Positions 15,312-25,056 of a stretch of DNA of 32,000 bases are shown one piece after another. Every line of letters starts with the position of its first letter. The stretch's first letter is position 1. Source of the stretch: Limnohabitans parvus II-B4 (GTDB lineage Bacteria > Pseudomonadota > Gammaproteobacteria > Burkholderiales > Burkholderiaceae_C); the NCBI RefSeq assembly GCF_003063455.1, contig NZ_NESN01000005.1, forward strand, positions 99,506-131,505, given 5' to 3'. The translations under genes were made by a program, and so were the position numbers. The notes under the pieces are model-generated. The model was given only the letters and a program-made list of their open reading frames with translations, was not told the DNA's origin and made no database searches.

Positions 15312-15642
15312 GTGTTGCGTTTGACTCACACTGCTGCAACAAAATATTATTGCGATTCAACTTAGAAAGTTGCATTGCACTTTGCGCTGCGCTGCTAGAC
15401 TTGTTTAAACAAGCTGTGCTGCGTTATTTTTGAAAATGCATACGCGGTATGCTGAGTGAGCCGTTAAGGGTTTGTGCGCTGTTTTGCGCAATCGCAGACC
15501 AAGTGAAATTACACTAATATTTGGTTTTGCAAAAAGGCAATACATTCGTACAAGTTTCAGGTGTGATTGTTTTGGTTGTCCGCGTAGATGTTTGGTTGCA
15601 CACTTGCATTGAATAAATATTTGATAGCAAGGAGTGGCAAAT

Positions 15643-16242
15643 ATGGCGCAAGCAAAGGTACTGACACAAGATGAAGTTGAACGAGTGATGCAATATCTCG
15701 GCAAGAAGCAGCACGCAATGAGAAACCAAGCAATGTTCTTGTTGACGCACGGATGTGGCGTGCGCATCAAAGAGTTGGTCAGCATGCGTATCTGTGATGT
15801 GTTGGAACGCAACGGCGATATCAAGCAAGAAGTCAATCTCAACAGAAACCAAACCAAGGGCGCTCGTGGGCGCACTGTGTATCTGGCTGACAAAATGCGT
15901 GATGTGATTCGCAACTATTTGCGCGAAAAATTTGGTGTGCAGGATTTATTGGCTGTGACCATGTCAAACACAAGTCGCGCACTGTTTGCTACGCAAAAGA
16001 GCGCTGACCGTGGGTTTTCTGCATCAACTGGCTGTCAAATGTTTCACTACTGGTACAAGGACTGTGACATTGTTCATGGCAGCAGTCACAGTGGTCGTCG
16101 TTCATTCATTACGAATTTGGCGAACAAAGGCGTGGCGATTCATGTGTTGAAAGAGTTGGCAGGACACAGATCTATTGTGGTCACCGAAAAGTACATTGCA
16201 AAGAATCCAACGGTGCTGCACGCAAGTGTCAACATGCTGTAA
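15643..16242 (+). CDS. Small (about 199 aa) tyrosine recombinase, element B paralog, on the opposite strand relative to A and C
   Basis: AAGGAG RBS. MAQAKVLTQDEVERVMQYL. Catalytic contexts GVRIKEL (Arg), HSGRRSF, LAGHRSIVVTEKY. Confidence 0.85.
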   Translation: MAQAKVLTQDEVERVMQYLGKKQHAMRNQAMFLLTHGCGVRIKELVSMRICDVLERNGDIKQEVNLNRNQTKGARGRTVYLADKMRDVIRNYLREKFGVQDLLAVTMSNTSRALFATQKSADRGFSASTGCQMFHYWYKDCDIVHGSSHSGRRSFITNLANKGVAIHVLKELAGHRSIVVTEKYIAKNPTVLHASVNML

Positions 16243-16264
16243 AAATACCATCTGCGTTTTTGCT

Positions 16265-16312
16265 GCAAATGTTGGTGCAGTTGTTGGTGCAAATGTTGGT
16301 GCAGTTGTTGGT
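16265..16312. repeat. Tandem repeat, 2 x 24 bp (4 x 12 bp GCA[AG][AT]TGTTGGT)
   Basis: GCAAATGTTGGTGCAGTTGTTGGT occurs twice back to back. An imperfect hairpin GTCATTTAAAG-N5-CTTTAATGAC follows. Confidence 0.8.
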
Positions 16313-16427
16313 GTCATTTAAAGCGACACTTTAATGACCCGCAATACTGAACGGAATTCGGTTGCTCACCCGTGGTGGTTGGGCACAAAATTGTCTGTGC
16401 TTTACAAACATTCGAAAGGAAAAGCAC

Positions 16428-16871
16428 ATGACAGCCATTCTGAACACATTGAAGTTGACTGCAGCCCGCAAGACACGTGCACTGCCTGACGTTGTCAAAC
16501 GCCGCAACAAGCTGCTGATTAAATTGGGCGAGCAGCGCATGTTGGCAGCTGCACAGGCGCAAGGGCAGCACTACACGCCCACACGCTTTCGCTCATTCGC
16601 AGATGCTGACACTGGTGCACGGGTTGTTAAACAAGTGCCTGTTCGCATCAAGCCGTGGTTTTGGACTGGAGAGAAGGGCGAGTGTTTGCTGGCTATCAAC
16701 TATGGCAGCAAGCAAATTGAACTGCAAAAGGGCAAGACTGCCATCGATGTTGGTGCAGTTGAGAACATATGCGCAGTCTTGGACACGGTGATTGATGCTG
16801 TGCGCAATGGTGAACTGGACACGCAGATTGAAAGTGCCAGTGTAAAACTGCGCGATGGATTCAAGAAATAA
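16428..16871 (+). CDS. Conserved 147-aa integrase-associated hypothetical protein, element B
   Basis: AAAGGA RBS then ATG at 16428. MTAILNTLKLTAARKTRALP... is nearly identical to 9152-9595. Confidence 0.8.
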   Translation: MTAILNTLKLTAARKTRALPDVVKRRNKLLIKLGEQRMLAAAQAQGQHYTPTRFRSFADADTGARVVKQVPVRIKPWFWTGEKGECLLAINYGSKQIELQKGKTAIDVGAVENICAVLDTVIDAVRNGELDTQIESASVKLRDGFKK

Positions 16872-18228
16872 CTGTGTGTGATAACTGGCTGTGCTGACGA
16901 GTACGGCGACTTTGCAGCATGCCAATGTTCTGCTCGCCCGTTACGGTGCTGGCGTAGTGCTGGTTGATCATGTCCACACTGGTACGTGCATTGCGTGCCA
17001 GTGTCAGCAAGTCAATGCCTTGTCCGTAGAGCAAGCGAAACGTGATGCTTGAATGGCGTAGGCTGTACAAGCTGCGCTCTTGTCCATGCGCACCCAGCTT
17101 TAATCCAGTGCGTGCCAATACCCAGTTGAAATAAAAGCTCAGCACCCAGTGCGCATAGGCGCGGTCACGCAGGTGCGGTAGAAACAAGTAGTCGTCTGGT
17201 GCAGCAAGGTTCCGTGCGCTGTGGTGTTGGGTCAGCTGCTGGTAAATGCGAACAGCAGGTTGTAGCGTGACGATGGGACGAGTGTGGCTTTTGGTTTTGG
17301 GTAGGTTCAGGCGCAGGTAGGTATTGCCGTTACGCACCACTTCCACGTGTCTGTGCTTGAGTGTTTTGAGGTCGCTTGGGCGTATGAAGCTGTTGACCAT
17401 AAAACCTATGACCCATGCAACATCTGGCGGCATGGTGTACTCAGCTGAGCGCAAGCGATAGCTTTTGCGCAGTGTGCTGTCGCTGTCAGGGTGTCGTGTG
17501 TTTTGCAGCTTGCGAGCAGTGCGCATGATCTGCCAGTACTCTGTGGGCGTGAATGCGCCGCGCGAGTTGGTTTGCACTCGAACTTTGGGAAACTCTGGCA
17601 ACTTGTCCAGCGCATTCACTGCCACAGCCAGTGTCAATATTTTGCGCACTGCAACCAAGTACTGGCTGACGGTGATGGTGGAAAAGCTCTTGCTCAGGTA
17701 CTGCGTGAATGCCAGCAGCTGTGCGTGGTCAATGTCCTCTGGTCGTTGTTTACCCCAGCGCGGCAAGATGTGTGCATCCAGTCTGTTGCGCAGAACTTTC
17801 AAGCTGCCTGAACTAAACTCGCCGCGCTCAACACGGGCATGCTCGTTTGTGAGCATCTGCGCTGCCATTGCAGCAAAGGTCAGCTGTGGTTTGACTGCGG
17901 TGATGTGAGAAACGACACAGGATGTTGATGTTGGTGTTGGCTCAGTGCGCAAACTGGCAGACTGCGCTAGCAATTGTTCATAAAAGTCACGTGCAAAGCT
18001 TTGTGCCATGCGCAGACTTTGCGTTTGTGTGCTGCGTCTGTGTGTACGTCCCGCAATCCAGCAGCGCACTTGCCAAAACTTGCTGGCAGCTATTTTGAAC
18101 ACTGATAGTTTGCGGGGATAACCTGGCACTGGTGTGATGGTTGTAGGAATGGGCACTGTGCGCTCACGTGCTTGAGTGCGCAGAACTGGGTCGTTGGCTG
18201 CGGCTGCGGTAAAAACGGTATGCATCAC
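16861..18228 (-). CDS. Tyrosine-type site-specific integrase (455 aa), element B
   Basis: Highly similar to 9585-10940 along the whole length, with the same catalytic contexts. Confidence 0.9.
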   Translation of the reverse strand: MMHTVFTAAAANDPVLRTQARERTVPIPTTITPVPGYPRKLSVFKIAASKFWQVRCWIAGRTHRRSTQTQSLRMAQSFARDFYEQLLAQSASLRTEPTPTSTSCVVSHITAVKPQLTFAAMAAQMLTNEHARVERGEFSSGSLKVLRNRLDAHILPRWGKQRPEDIDHAQLLAFTQYLSKSFSTITVSQYLVAVRKILTLAVAVNALDKLPEFPKVRVQTNSRGAFTPTEYWQIMRTARKLQNTRHPDSDSTLRKSYRLRSAEYTMPPDVAWVIGFMVNSFIRPSDLKTLKHRHVEVVRNGNTYLRLNLPKTKSHTRPIVTLQPAVRIYQQLTQHHSARNLAAPDDYLFLPHLRDRAYAHWVLSFYFNWVLARTGLKLGAHGQERSLYSLRHSSITFRLLYGQGIDLLTLARNARTSVDMINQHYASTVTGEQNIGMLQSRRTRQHSQLSHTVIS

Positions 18229-18472
18229 TCAAGCGTACTGTTGTACATCGCAAATGCAACCGCGCACAAAAACGGTTGATGCGTTTTACAGGCGCAGTCT
18301 TGCCGTGTCGTTGCCGTGCTGCACCGTTCGCATCCACATTGATAAAAAGACATGCAGCACACTTGCAAGTTGTACGCCAGCAGGTGTGCAACAAGCGTCA
18401 CTTTTAGGTTGGAAAAACCTTGGCGTGCTCTTGCGAACTTTTCGGATGCTCTAAGGAAAAATTAAGCTTTTG
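18229..18472. promoter_or_regulatory. Conserved arm, junction B/C
   Basis: GTTGTACA at 18240-18247 and GTTGTACG at 18369-18376, 129 bp apart. Conserved TGCAACAAG follows. Confidence 0.55.
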
Positions 18473-19581
18473 TTGCTCTGGCTGTTTTGACAGCTTCTGG
18501 CATTTCTTTCGCTCAATCTTCCGTGAGCATTTACGGTCGCCTTGATGTTGGCATGAACAACCAAAAGACAACTGGTACCACCACTATTGGTAGTGCTTCA
18601 ACTTCTACCTTTTACAAAGGCAACAACCTTGTGAATGAAGACGGTCTGTCGACAGGTCTCCTGGGCTTCAAGGGCACTGAAGACTTGGGCGGTGGCTTGA
18701 AGGCCAACTTCGTCCACGAAATGGACTTGGACTTGGACGTTGGCGCACTGGGCGTTGCCGCTGGTCGTGATTCAACTCTGGGCTTGTCTGGTGGTTTCGG
18801 CGAAATTCGCTTGGGCCGTTCATACACGCCTTTGTACTCCACCATTGGTGCCTCAGACGTTTTTGGCACAACAGGTGCTGGCACGGTCAACCAGTTCGGT
18901 ATGGCAGCTAATGCAGTTCGTGCTTCCAATGCATTCTTCTATGCATCACCTTCATTCAGCGGTTTGACCGTTCGCTTGATGGCCCAGCAAAACAATGCAC
19001 AAACAAACGCATCTGTTGGCGGAGCTGGTAAAACATCTGGCAACGGTTTTTCTGTGACCTACGCAGCAGGTCCTTTGATGTTGGCAGCAGCTACAGGCAC
19101 TGAAAAAGGTTCTTCTATTGACCGCGCTGGAGCCTTGTTCGCAGCAACTGCTGCAGCTGCAACTACAGCAGGAACAGCAACAGCAAACGCTAATGCCAAG
19201 TACACAGGTTCTGCCATTTCTGGTCAGTACGACATGGGTGTTGCCAAGTTCTTTGTTGGTTACACAACCACCAAGGATGACAACGACACGTCCGTTGCTG
19301 GCGGCGAGTTGACTATGAAAGAAACCAACTTTGGTGTTGCCGTACCAATGGGTGCATTGACATTGATGGCTGCTGTTGGCAACAACAAAGGTTCTATGGC
19401 AGGTGAACCAGTCACTGCCAAAGGTACTGACATGGCTGTTGGTGCAACCTATGCTTTGAGCAAGCGCACCACTGCTTACTTCAAGACTGGTACTTACAAC
19501 AAGTACAAAGCTTCTGATGTTGGTGGTTCTGAAGAAGTTAAGACAACCCGTACCAGCGTTGGCCTGCGTCACCTTTTCTAA
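18466..19581 (+). CDS. Porin, full-length but start-less and promoter-less copy 3 (most divergent)
   Basis: The frame is open from 18466, after an in-frame TAA at 18463-18465. It encodes AFVALAVLTASGISFA|QSSVSIYG..., then GTEDLGGG, and ends GLRHLF. The only candidate starts (TTG 18487, CTG) would give a signal peptide with no charged N-region. Confidence 0.8.
   Translation, partial: AFVALAVLTASGISFAQSSVSIYGRLDVGMNNQKTTGTTTIGSASTSTFYKGNNLVNEDGLSTGLLGFKGTEDLGGGLKANFVHEMDLDLDVGALGVAAGRDSTLGLSGGFGEIRLGRSYTPLYSTIGASDVFGTTGAGTVNQFGMAANAVRASNAFFYASPSFSGLTVRLMAQQNNAQTNASVGGAGKTSGNGFSVTYAAGPLMLAAATGTEKGSSIDRAGALFAATAAAATTAGTATANANAKYTGSAISGQYDMGVAKFFVGYTTTKDDNDTSVAGGELTMKETNFGVAVPMGALTLMAAVGNNKGSMAGEPVTAKGTDMAVGATYALSKRTTAYFKTGTYNKYKASDVGGSEEVKTTRTSVGLRHLF
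18473..18484 (+). repeat. Candidate att core copy 3 (12-bp TTGCTCTGGCTG)
   Basis: This 12-mer is the only stretch shared perfectly by all four porin 5' ends. Confidence 0.5.
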
Positions 19582-19587
19582 TCCCCT

Positions 19588-19656
19588 GCTGTCGTAAGAC
19601 AGCTTGAGATTTCGAAGAAATAAAAAACCCACCGTGGCAACACGGTGGGTTTTTTT
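19588..19656 (+). terminator. Porin terminator module, copy 3
   Basis: GCTGTC-GTAA-GACAGC at 19588-19603, with a compensatory G:C to T:A change relative to the other copies. CCCACCGTG-GCAA-CACGGTGGG at 19628-19649, then TTTTTTT. Confidence 0.85.
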
Positions 19657-19732
19657 GTTGCACATGCTGGCGCAGTCGCCACGAAACAACTGCACACAAG
19701 GGCAAACACTGATGCAGTGCTTGTGTCGCAAC

Positions 19733-19740
19733 TGATAAAT
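19733..19740 (+). promoter_or_regulatory. Extended -10-like promoter TGATAAAT, element C
   Basis: Positional homolog of 5348-5356. Confidence 0.35.
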
Positions 19741-19774
19741 TGACAGTATCAAACATCACAATCTGGAGTTGAAT

Positions 19775-20059
19775 ATGTCGGCAGAAAAACTTGATCCACG
19801 TGCAGCATTGGCAAAGATGGAAGCGGACGAAAAGTTGGCACGTGATGCTGCAGAAAATTTAAAAGTAGAAAATCAAAAGAAACGGAAAGAGTTGTTGGCG
19901 AGTTTGAAAGAAGCGGACTTGGCTGATGTGCGTGAGAAATGTAAATTGCACGGATTCAACGCAACAGACCTGCGCGGCTATTTGAAAGTAAAGGGGGCTA
20001 AAACTGCAACGCCTCGAAAAAGTACAGCAAAGAAAACCACAACTAAAAAAGCTTCATAA
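19775..20059 (+). CDS. Small coiled-coil protein with basic tail, element C paralog
   Basis: GGAG RBS then ATG at 19775. Sequence MSAEKLDPRAALAKMEADEKLARD...KCKLHGFNATDLRGYL...TPRKSTAKKTTTKKAS. Confidence 0.7.
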   Translation: MSAEKLDPRAALAKMEADEKLARDAAENLKVENQKKRKELLASLKEADLADVREKCKLHGFNATDLRGYLKVKGAKTATPRKSTAKKTTTKKAS

Positions 20060-20102
20060 CCAGTACGATGTTTTAGTTGAACAATACACTACGCAAAATC
20101 TC

Positions 20103-20990
20103 GTGCGTAGTGTGGTTGCGAGAATATTGGAACTTGAATACATCAACTACAGCATTCCACAACGCTTTGACACAGCAACTGACACGGTAGAAGACAGCAA
20201 CGGGCTTCGTGTGTGGATTGATTTTGAAGCAGAGCAACGTGCTGCAGACAGCGAAGTAGCAGATGAAGTAGCCGCTGCTGCGCTGACATGGCAGTTCAAG
20301 GATGAACTAACTGCTGATGAGTACAACAGGCTCGCGCTGCTGAACAAACTGCTGACGCAGCAACTGAACGGCAAGACTGTAGGCAAAGCTACGATTGAAC
20401 GAGCACTGATGGGAGGTGAGTTTGCTGACTACGAACACAGTTTGACGCAGCCAATTACATCAGCAGAGTTGCTCTACGCTGAAGGCGTGCCTGATGTGCT
20501 CAAACGCTACAACATCAAGTTGCGTGAAGCAGACTTCCAGTACAACAAGTACGAGCGGCTGGCAGACTTGAAAAGTGTTGGACGTGCGAATTACAAACGC
20601 GACACACTATCTAAAACGTACAACAAGTCAGAACACTTGTATGAACTCGCACTGGAATACTTGCAGGAGCAGATTGAGCTGTCGCAGCAAAATGGAGAAG
20701 GTGACAGGTTGACGCGATGGCTTGACCGTGACGTTGACTTTACTACGGCAGGAAATCTTGGTATTGATGTTGACGGAGTGCCGCGAGTTAAAGGCAGCAC
20801 CAGTCACTACGCACTTGACGCTGGTTTGCCCAAGCTCAGTGTGCGCTTAAAGCGTGAACAATGTGTGCTGCAGAGCTTGCTGCGTGCCGCAGTAGCGTGT
20901 GCGTATGTGCCAGAAGTTGTTGCAGTGGTGCAGGTGCAGCCAAAGTTGAAGACGCTTGACATGAGCAAGCTACATCCAGAGCGTGATTAA
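20103..20990 (+). CDS. Hypothetical protein, 295 aa (paralog of 5673-6581)
   Basis: Shared sequence blocks with the element A protein. The GTG start at 20103 lies inside the 9-bp-stem hairpin CACTACGCA-N8-TGCGTAGTG (20087-20112). Confidence 0.65.
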   Translation: MRSVVARILELEYINYSIPQRFDTATDTVEDSNGLRVWIDFEAEQRAADSEVADEVAAAALTWQFKDELTADEYNRLALLNKLLTQQLNGKTVGKATIERALMGGEFADYEHSLTQPITSAELLYAEGVPDVLKRYNIKLREADFQYNKYERLADLKSVGRANYKRDTLSKTYNKSEHLYELALEYLQEQIELSQQNGEGDRLTRWLDRDVDFTTAGNLGIDVDGVPRVKGSTSHYALDAGLPKLSVRLKREQCVLQSLLRAAVACAYVPEVVAVVQVQPKLKTLDMSKLHPERD

Positions 20991-21559
20991 ACCAACTCAA
21001 CAGCACGGCGTTTGACGTCATCGTTGACTGAAACATAACGCTGCGTTGTTGTGATGCTCTTATGCCCCGCCAGTGCAGCAAGTACGAACACTGACACGCC
21101 TTTGCCAGCCAATGAAGTCAGGAAAAATTTGCGACCACTGTGTGAACTTGCACCTTTGATGCCTGCATTCCTGTACATCCAGTAAAAATACTGTGTCAAT
21201 GTGTTGGCACTGAATGGACGGCGTGGACCGCGATGTGTTGTGAACAAGGGCTGCTCAATGTCAATCCATTTGCGTGAGTGAATATACGCAGCAAGTTCAG
21301 TGCACAGCAGGTTGTTTAAGAACACAGTGCGAGCGTGTCCGTGTTTGACGCGATGTGCTGCCAGTAGAACTTCGCTGCGCAGCGTGCCATCGTTGTCCAG
21401 CACATCGCTCAGTTTCAAATCAGCAACTTCGCTCACACGCATGCCTGCGTTGGTTGTGAGTAAGAACATCATGCGATTGCGTACTGCGTTGGCGTTGACT
21501 GCGATGTACGCAAGTGCTCGTTCAATTTCTGCATGTGTCAATGATTTTGCTGCTGCCAT
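20987..21559 (-). CDS. Small (about 190 aa) tyrosine recombinase, element C paralog
   Basis: GGAGA RBS then ATG at 21559 (MAAAKSLTHAEIERALAYI). Catalytic contexts GMRVSEV, HSGRKFF, LAGHKSITTTQRY. The longer track ORF (to 21688) is an upstream extension. Confidence 0.85.
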   Translation of the reverse strand: MAAAKSLTHAEIERALAYIAVNANAVRNRMMFLLTTNAGMRVSEVADLKLSDVLDNDGTLRSEVLLAAHRVKHGHARTVFLNNLLCTELAAYIHSRKWIDIEQPLFTTHRGPRRPFSANTLTQYFYWMYRNAGIKGASSHSGRKFFLTSLAGKGVSVFVLAALAGHKSITTTQRYVSVNDDVKRRAVELV

Positions 21560-22024
21560 GTTGTTCTCCAAATAATGTTGCTGATTTAAGTATGTTGTCT
21601 TTGGTGCTGGTTGGACAAGAAAAACCTGATGTATTGGCGGTGTATTGGTGATCTGTTGAATAACAAGCGGTTGTTGTGCCGTCCACACAGTTCATGCATT
21701 CTCTTATCTCGTGTATTTATTCATCGCACTGTGCAGTTGAGCAGCGTTTGACGTGCAAGCAGGTGCAGACTGCGTAAAACGCCCTACAGCGCACTGACAG
21801 CAGCGCCAGCATCGCAACGGGCAAGGCGCACCAAACGAACGCTTGTGCGTTGGATTTGACGTGCTGCTGCGTGTTGCTGCCCAAATCTCATCTGCTGCCA
21901 CAAAAAATCTGCTGCGTAATTTCTGCGTGGTTGCGAGATCTCGATTGTTGGTGATTTGCTCTAACACTGGTGTTGAACAAGAGTGTGGTCATACTTTCGT
22001 ATGACCTGTGTTGTTCTGTGCTGT

Positions 22025-22400
22025 GTAGAGCGAACTTGACGTTCGCTTGTGTGTCGCTTGTCGCTCACACAAGTTGCTTCGCATTCGTGTGTGATAACTG
22101 AACTGATGAATGAAAGCCGAACAGCACGAAGTGATGTGAGGGGTATTGGGTTGATTTAGATTGAACGAGCGCACGACGGCTATAGCACGAGAAAAAATCT
22201 TGGTGCTATTAGCCGCCGTTTCGCATAGTTTGATTTGAGTATCACTTCACTACACGACTGCAATAGAGTTTCTTGGAAGACTGATGTATTGAAACTTCCA
22301 GTTGCATCACGCAACTACTCTGTGGCATCACCTATGGATCACACGCTATTGCAACAACGTGTGTAGGGCAGGGTCATTAGCCGTCATATTCCCCCCTGCG
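22025..22400 (+). ncRNA. Hairpin-rich conserved noncoding element, copy 2
   Basis: Aligns with 7985-8395. Stems are preserved by compensatory substitutions. No conserved ORF. Confidence 0.55.
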
Positions 22401-22460
22401 TTTGTTCCCTTTGTTGGCAAGTGGATAATCTTGCGTTGAATGTGTGTGTGAATGCTGCTG

Positions 22461-22781
22461 TTAAACAGCTTGACGCTGGCGTCTGCGCTGTTTGTACAAG
22501 CCACGCTTGACACGTGCGCAGAGATTGAGAACGCTGTAGCACAGACCGTCCGTGATCTTGCCACGCTTGTTGTTGTCCGCGTAGCAACGCCTGAAGTGTT
22601 CCAGCAGCCGTTTGCTTGCGTTGTCCAGTTGCGCACTGTGTTGCTCAAGCAGGTGCGTTGCCGCTTGTTGTGCCTGTAGCGTTTTGGCGTTGGTGCTGGC
22701 GAATGTTTGTACGTTGATGCCGTTGTCACGCAGCCAGTCCGCTGTAAGTCCGTCATCTTTGAAGTTCTTGTAGTTGTTCAT
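22461..22781 (-). CDS. Hypothetical protein, about 106 aa (paralog of 8433-8753)
   Basis: MNNYKNFKDDGLTADWLRDNGINVQ.... A CTAAAT hexamer lies 6 nt upstream of the ATG. Confidence 0.6.
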   Translation of the reverse strand: MNNYKNFKDDGLTADWLRDNGINVQTFASTNAKTLQAQQAATHLLEQHSAQLDNASKRLLEHFRRCYADNNKRGKITDGLCYSVLNLCARVKRGLYKQRRRQRQAV

Positions 22782-22863
22782 GCAGTTATTTAGCATCGAC
22801 AAAAGAAATGCCTGCAAATAATGGCTGAATATTTGGAGAGAACAAGTTGCTGGTAAATACAGT

Positions 22864-23055
22864 ATGCGGATCAATGAAATCATCAACACCATCAAGCCCA
22901 AGCCACCCATGACGCCAGCGCAGTCAAGACTAAACAGTTTGAAGCAAGGGGTGCAGCGCAGTCAACAACAACTGCAAGCAGAGCGTGAGCAGCAAAGGCA
23001 AAAGAAGGCGAGTGAAAAACAAGCGGATCTGACACGTCAAGCCGCAACACTGTAA
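22864..23055 (+). CDS. Small hypothetical protein, 63 aa, M-x-I-x-E-I family
   Basis: MRINEIINTIKPKPPMTPAQSRLNSLK.... A TAAATA motif lies immediately upstream of the ATG. Confidence 0.5.
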   Translation: MRINEIINTIKPKPPMTPAQSRLNSLKQGVQRSQQQLQAEREQQRQKKASEKQADLTRQAATL

Positions 23056-23263
23056 GCATGATCGATGTTGAAACCAGCTAAAAGCGTGGCCAGATCATGA
23101 AAATATCATGCAAAAAATAAATGGTAGACAACACGCATGACAGGCATAGCAAAAATACATTGACCAATACACCGCCAAAAGATCGGTGCATTCAGCAGCG
23201 GTTGTCCAAGATGCAGTGTGAACATAAAGTTGTGGCTGTCAAACGCACACAAAGGAGAAAGCA

Positions 23264-23707
23264 ATGACAGCGATCATGAGCACATTGAAGTTGACAGCGG
23301 CACGCAAAACACGAGCACTGCCAGATGTTGTGAAACGCAGAAATAAACTGCTGATGAAACTGGGTGAGCAGCGCATGTTGGCAGCTGCACAAGCGCAAGG
23401 CGAGCACTACACACCCACTCGACTGCGTTCGTACAAACATGCAGACACTGGAATACGGATCATGAAAGAAGTGCCTGTTCGCATCAAGCCGTGGTATTGG
23501 ACAGGAGAAAAAGGTGAGATGTTGCTGGCCATCAACTACGGCAGCAAACAAATTGAGTTGCAAAAAGGCAAGACAGCGATTGATGTGGGTGAAGCTGCAA
23601 ATCTGTGCAAAGTGTTGGACACCGTGATTGATGCGGTGCGTAATGGTGAATTAGACACGCAGATTGAAAGTGCCAGCGTCAAGTTGCGTGAAGGCTTTAA
23701 GAAATAA
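23264..23707 (+). CDS. Conserved 147-aa integrase-associated hypothetical protein, element C
   Basis: AAAGGAGA RBS. MTAIMSTLKLTAARKTRALPDVVKRRNKLL.... Confidence 0.8.
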   Translation: MTAIMSTLKLTAARKTRALPDVVKRRNKLLMKLGEQRMLAAAQAQGEHYTPTRLRSYKHADTGIRIMKEVPVRIKPWYWTGEKGEMLLAINYGSKQIELQKGKTAIDVGEAANLCKVLDTVIDAVRNGELDTQIESASVKLREGFKK

Positions 23708-23712
23708 CAACT

Positions 23713-25056
23713 TCAAGACGCGGGCAGCTGACGGCTGCGTCTGCTTTGCAGCATGCCAATGTTTTGCTCGCCAGTGACAGTGCTGGCGTAGTGCTGGTTG
23801 ATCATGTCAACACTGGTTCGTGCGTTGCGTGCCAGTGTCAGCAAGTCAATGCCTTGTCCGTACAGCAAGCGAAACGTGATGCTGGAGTGACGCAGGCTGT
23901 ACAAGCTGCGCTCTTGTCCGTGTGCACCCAGTTTAAGTCCTGTCTTGGCCAAAACCCAGTTGAAGTAAAACGCCAAGACCCAGTGTGCGTAGTGACGATC
24001 TTGTAAATGCGGCAAGAACAAGTAATCGTCTGGCTTGGTTAAATCTGTTGCGCTGTAGTGTTTGCACATCTGCTGGTAAATGCGAACAGCAGGTTGCAGC
24101 GTGACAATGGGTTTGGTGTGGCTTTTGGTTTTGGGCAAGTTAAGACGCAGGTAAGTGTTGTCGTTCCGTACCACTTCAACGTGTCTGTGTTTGAGCGTCT
24201 TTAAGTCGCTGGGTCGTATAAAGCTGTTGACCATGAAACCAATGCACCAAGCAACATCAGGTGGCATGGTGTTTTCTGCAGCACGTAGTCTAAAATTCTT
24301 ACGCAGTGCAGTGTCACTGTCTGGATGTCTGGTGTTTTGCAGTTGACGTGCAGTGCGCATGATGCGCCAGTATTCTGTGGGTGTAAATGCGCCGCGACTG
24401 TTGGTTTGCACTTTGATCTTGGGAAACTCTGGCAGCTTGTGCAGTGTGTCAACTGCAACAGCCATGGTCAGTACCTTGCGAACTGCCACCAAGTACTGGC
24501 TGACAGTGATGGTGGAAAAACTCTTGCTCAAGTACTGCGTGAATGACAAAAGCTGTGCGTGATCTACGGCAGAAGCTGGCATCGTGCCCCAGCGCGGCAG
24601 TATGTGTGCATCCAAACGGTTGCGTAGCACTTTGAAACTTCCAGCACTGAATTCACCACGATCAACACGTGCTTGTTCATTGGCCATCATCTGCGCTGCC
24701 AGTGCTGCAAATGTGTGTTGTGGTTTGACAGTGCGTGGTGTGTGCTGCACATCTTCAAGTTTGTTGGTGACAGATGGCGGCAAACTGGCGGACTGCGCTA
24801 GCAGTTGTTCATAAAACGTTCGCGCATAACTTTGAGCCATACGCAGGCTTTGTGTTTGAGTGCTGCGCCTGTGTGTGCGTCCCGCAACCCAGCAGCGCAC
24901 TTGCCAGAACTTGCTGGCAGCGATTTTGAATACTGACAATTTGCGGGGATAGCCTGGCACAGGTGTGATGGTGGCAGGAATGGGCACGGTGCGTTCGCGT
25001 TGTTTGCTGTGCATGAGCGTGTCGTTTGCGGCTTGTGCAGTAGAAAAGGTGTGCAT
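23713..25056 (-). CDS. Tyrosine-type site-specific integrase (447 aa), element C
   Basis: Paralog of the A and B integrases with the same catalytic contexts. Confidence 0.9.
   Translation of the reverse strand: MHTFSTAQAANDTLMHSKQRERTVPIPATITPVPGYPRKLSVFKIAASKFWQVRCWVAGRTHRRSTQTQSLRMAQSYARTFYEQLLAQSASLPPSVTNKLEDVQHTPRTVKPQHTFAALAAQMMANEQARVDRGEFSAGSFKVLRNRLDAHILPRWGTMPASAVDHAQLLSFTQYLSKSFSTITVSQYLVAVRKVLTMAVAVDTLHKLPEFPKIKVQTNSRGAFTPTEYWRIMRTARQLQNTRHPDSDTALRKNFRLRAAENTMPPDVAWCIGFMVNSFIRPSDLKTLKHRHVEVVRNDNTYLRLNLPKTKSHTKPIVTLQPAVRIYQQMCKHYSATDLTKPDDYLFLPHLQDRHYAHWVLAFYFNWVLAKTGLKLGAHGQERSLYSLRHSSITFRLLYGQGIDLLTLARNARTSVDMINQHYASTVTGEQNIGMLQSRRSRQLPAS

Larger units (their letters stand above)
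11184..18472. mobile_element. Integrative element B (about 7.3 kb) with an alternative central module (119-aa protein, polymerase-like protein, + strand small recombinase)
   Basis: Same end architecture as A and C (porin, terminator and basic protein at the left; 147-aa protein, integrase and arm at the right). The middle genes differ. Confidence 0.6.

Noticed and set aside
16102-16317. Minus-strand 71-aa ORF with repeated TTAPTFA peptides
   Set aside because: The peptide repeat is only the translation of the 12/24-bp tandem repeat. The ORF overlaps the 3' end of the small recombinase gene and has no start context.
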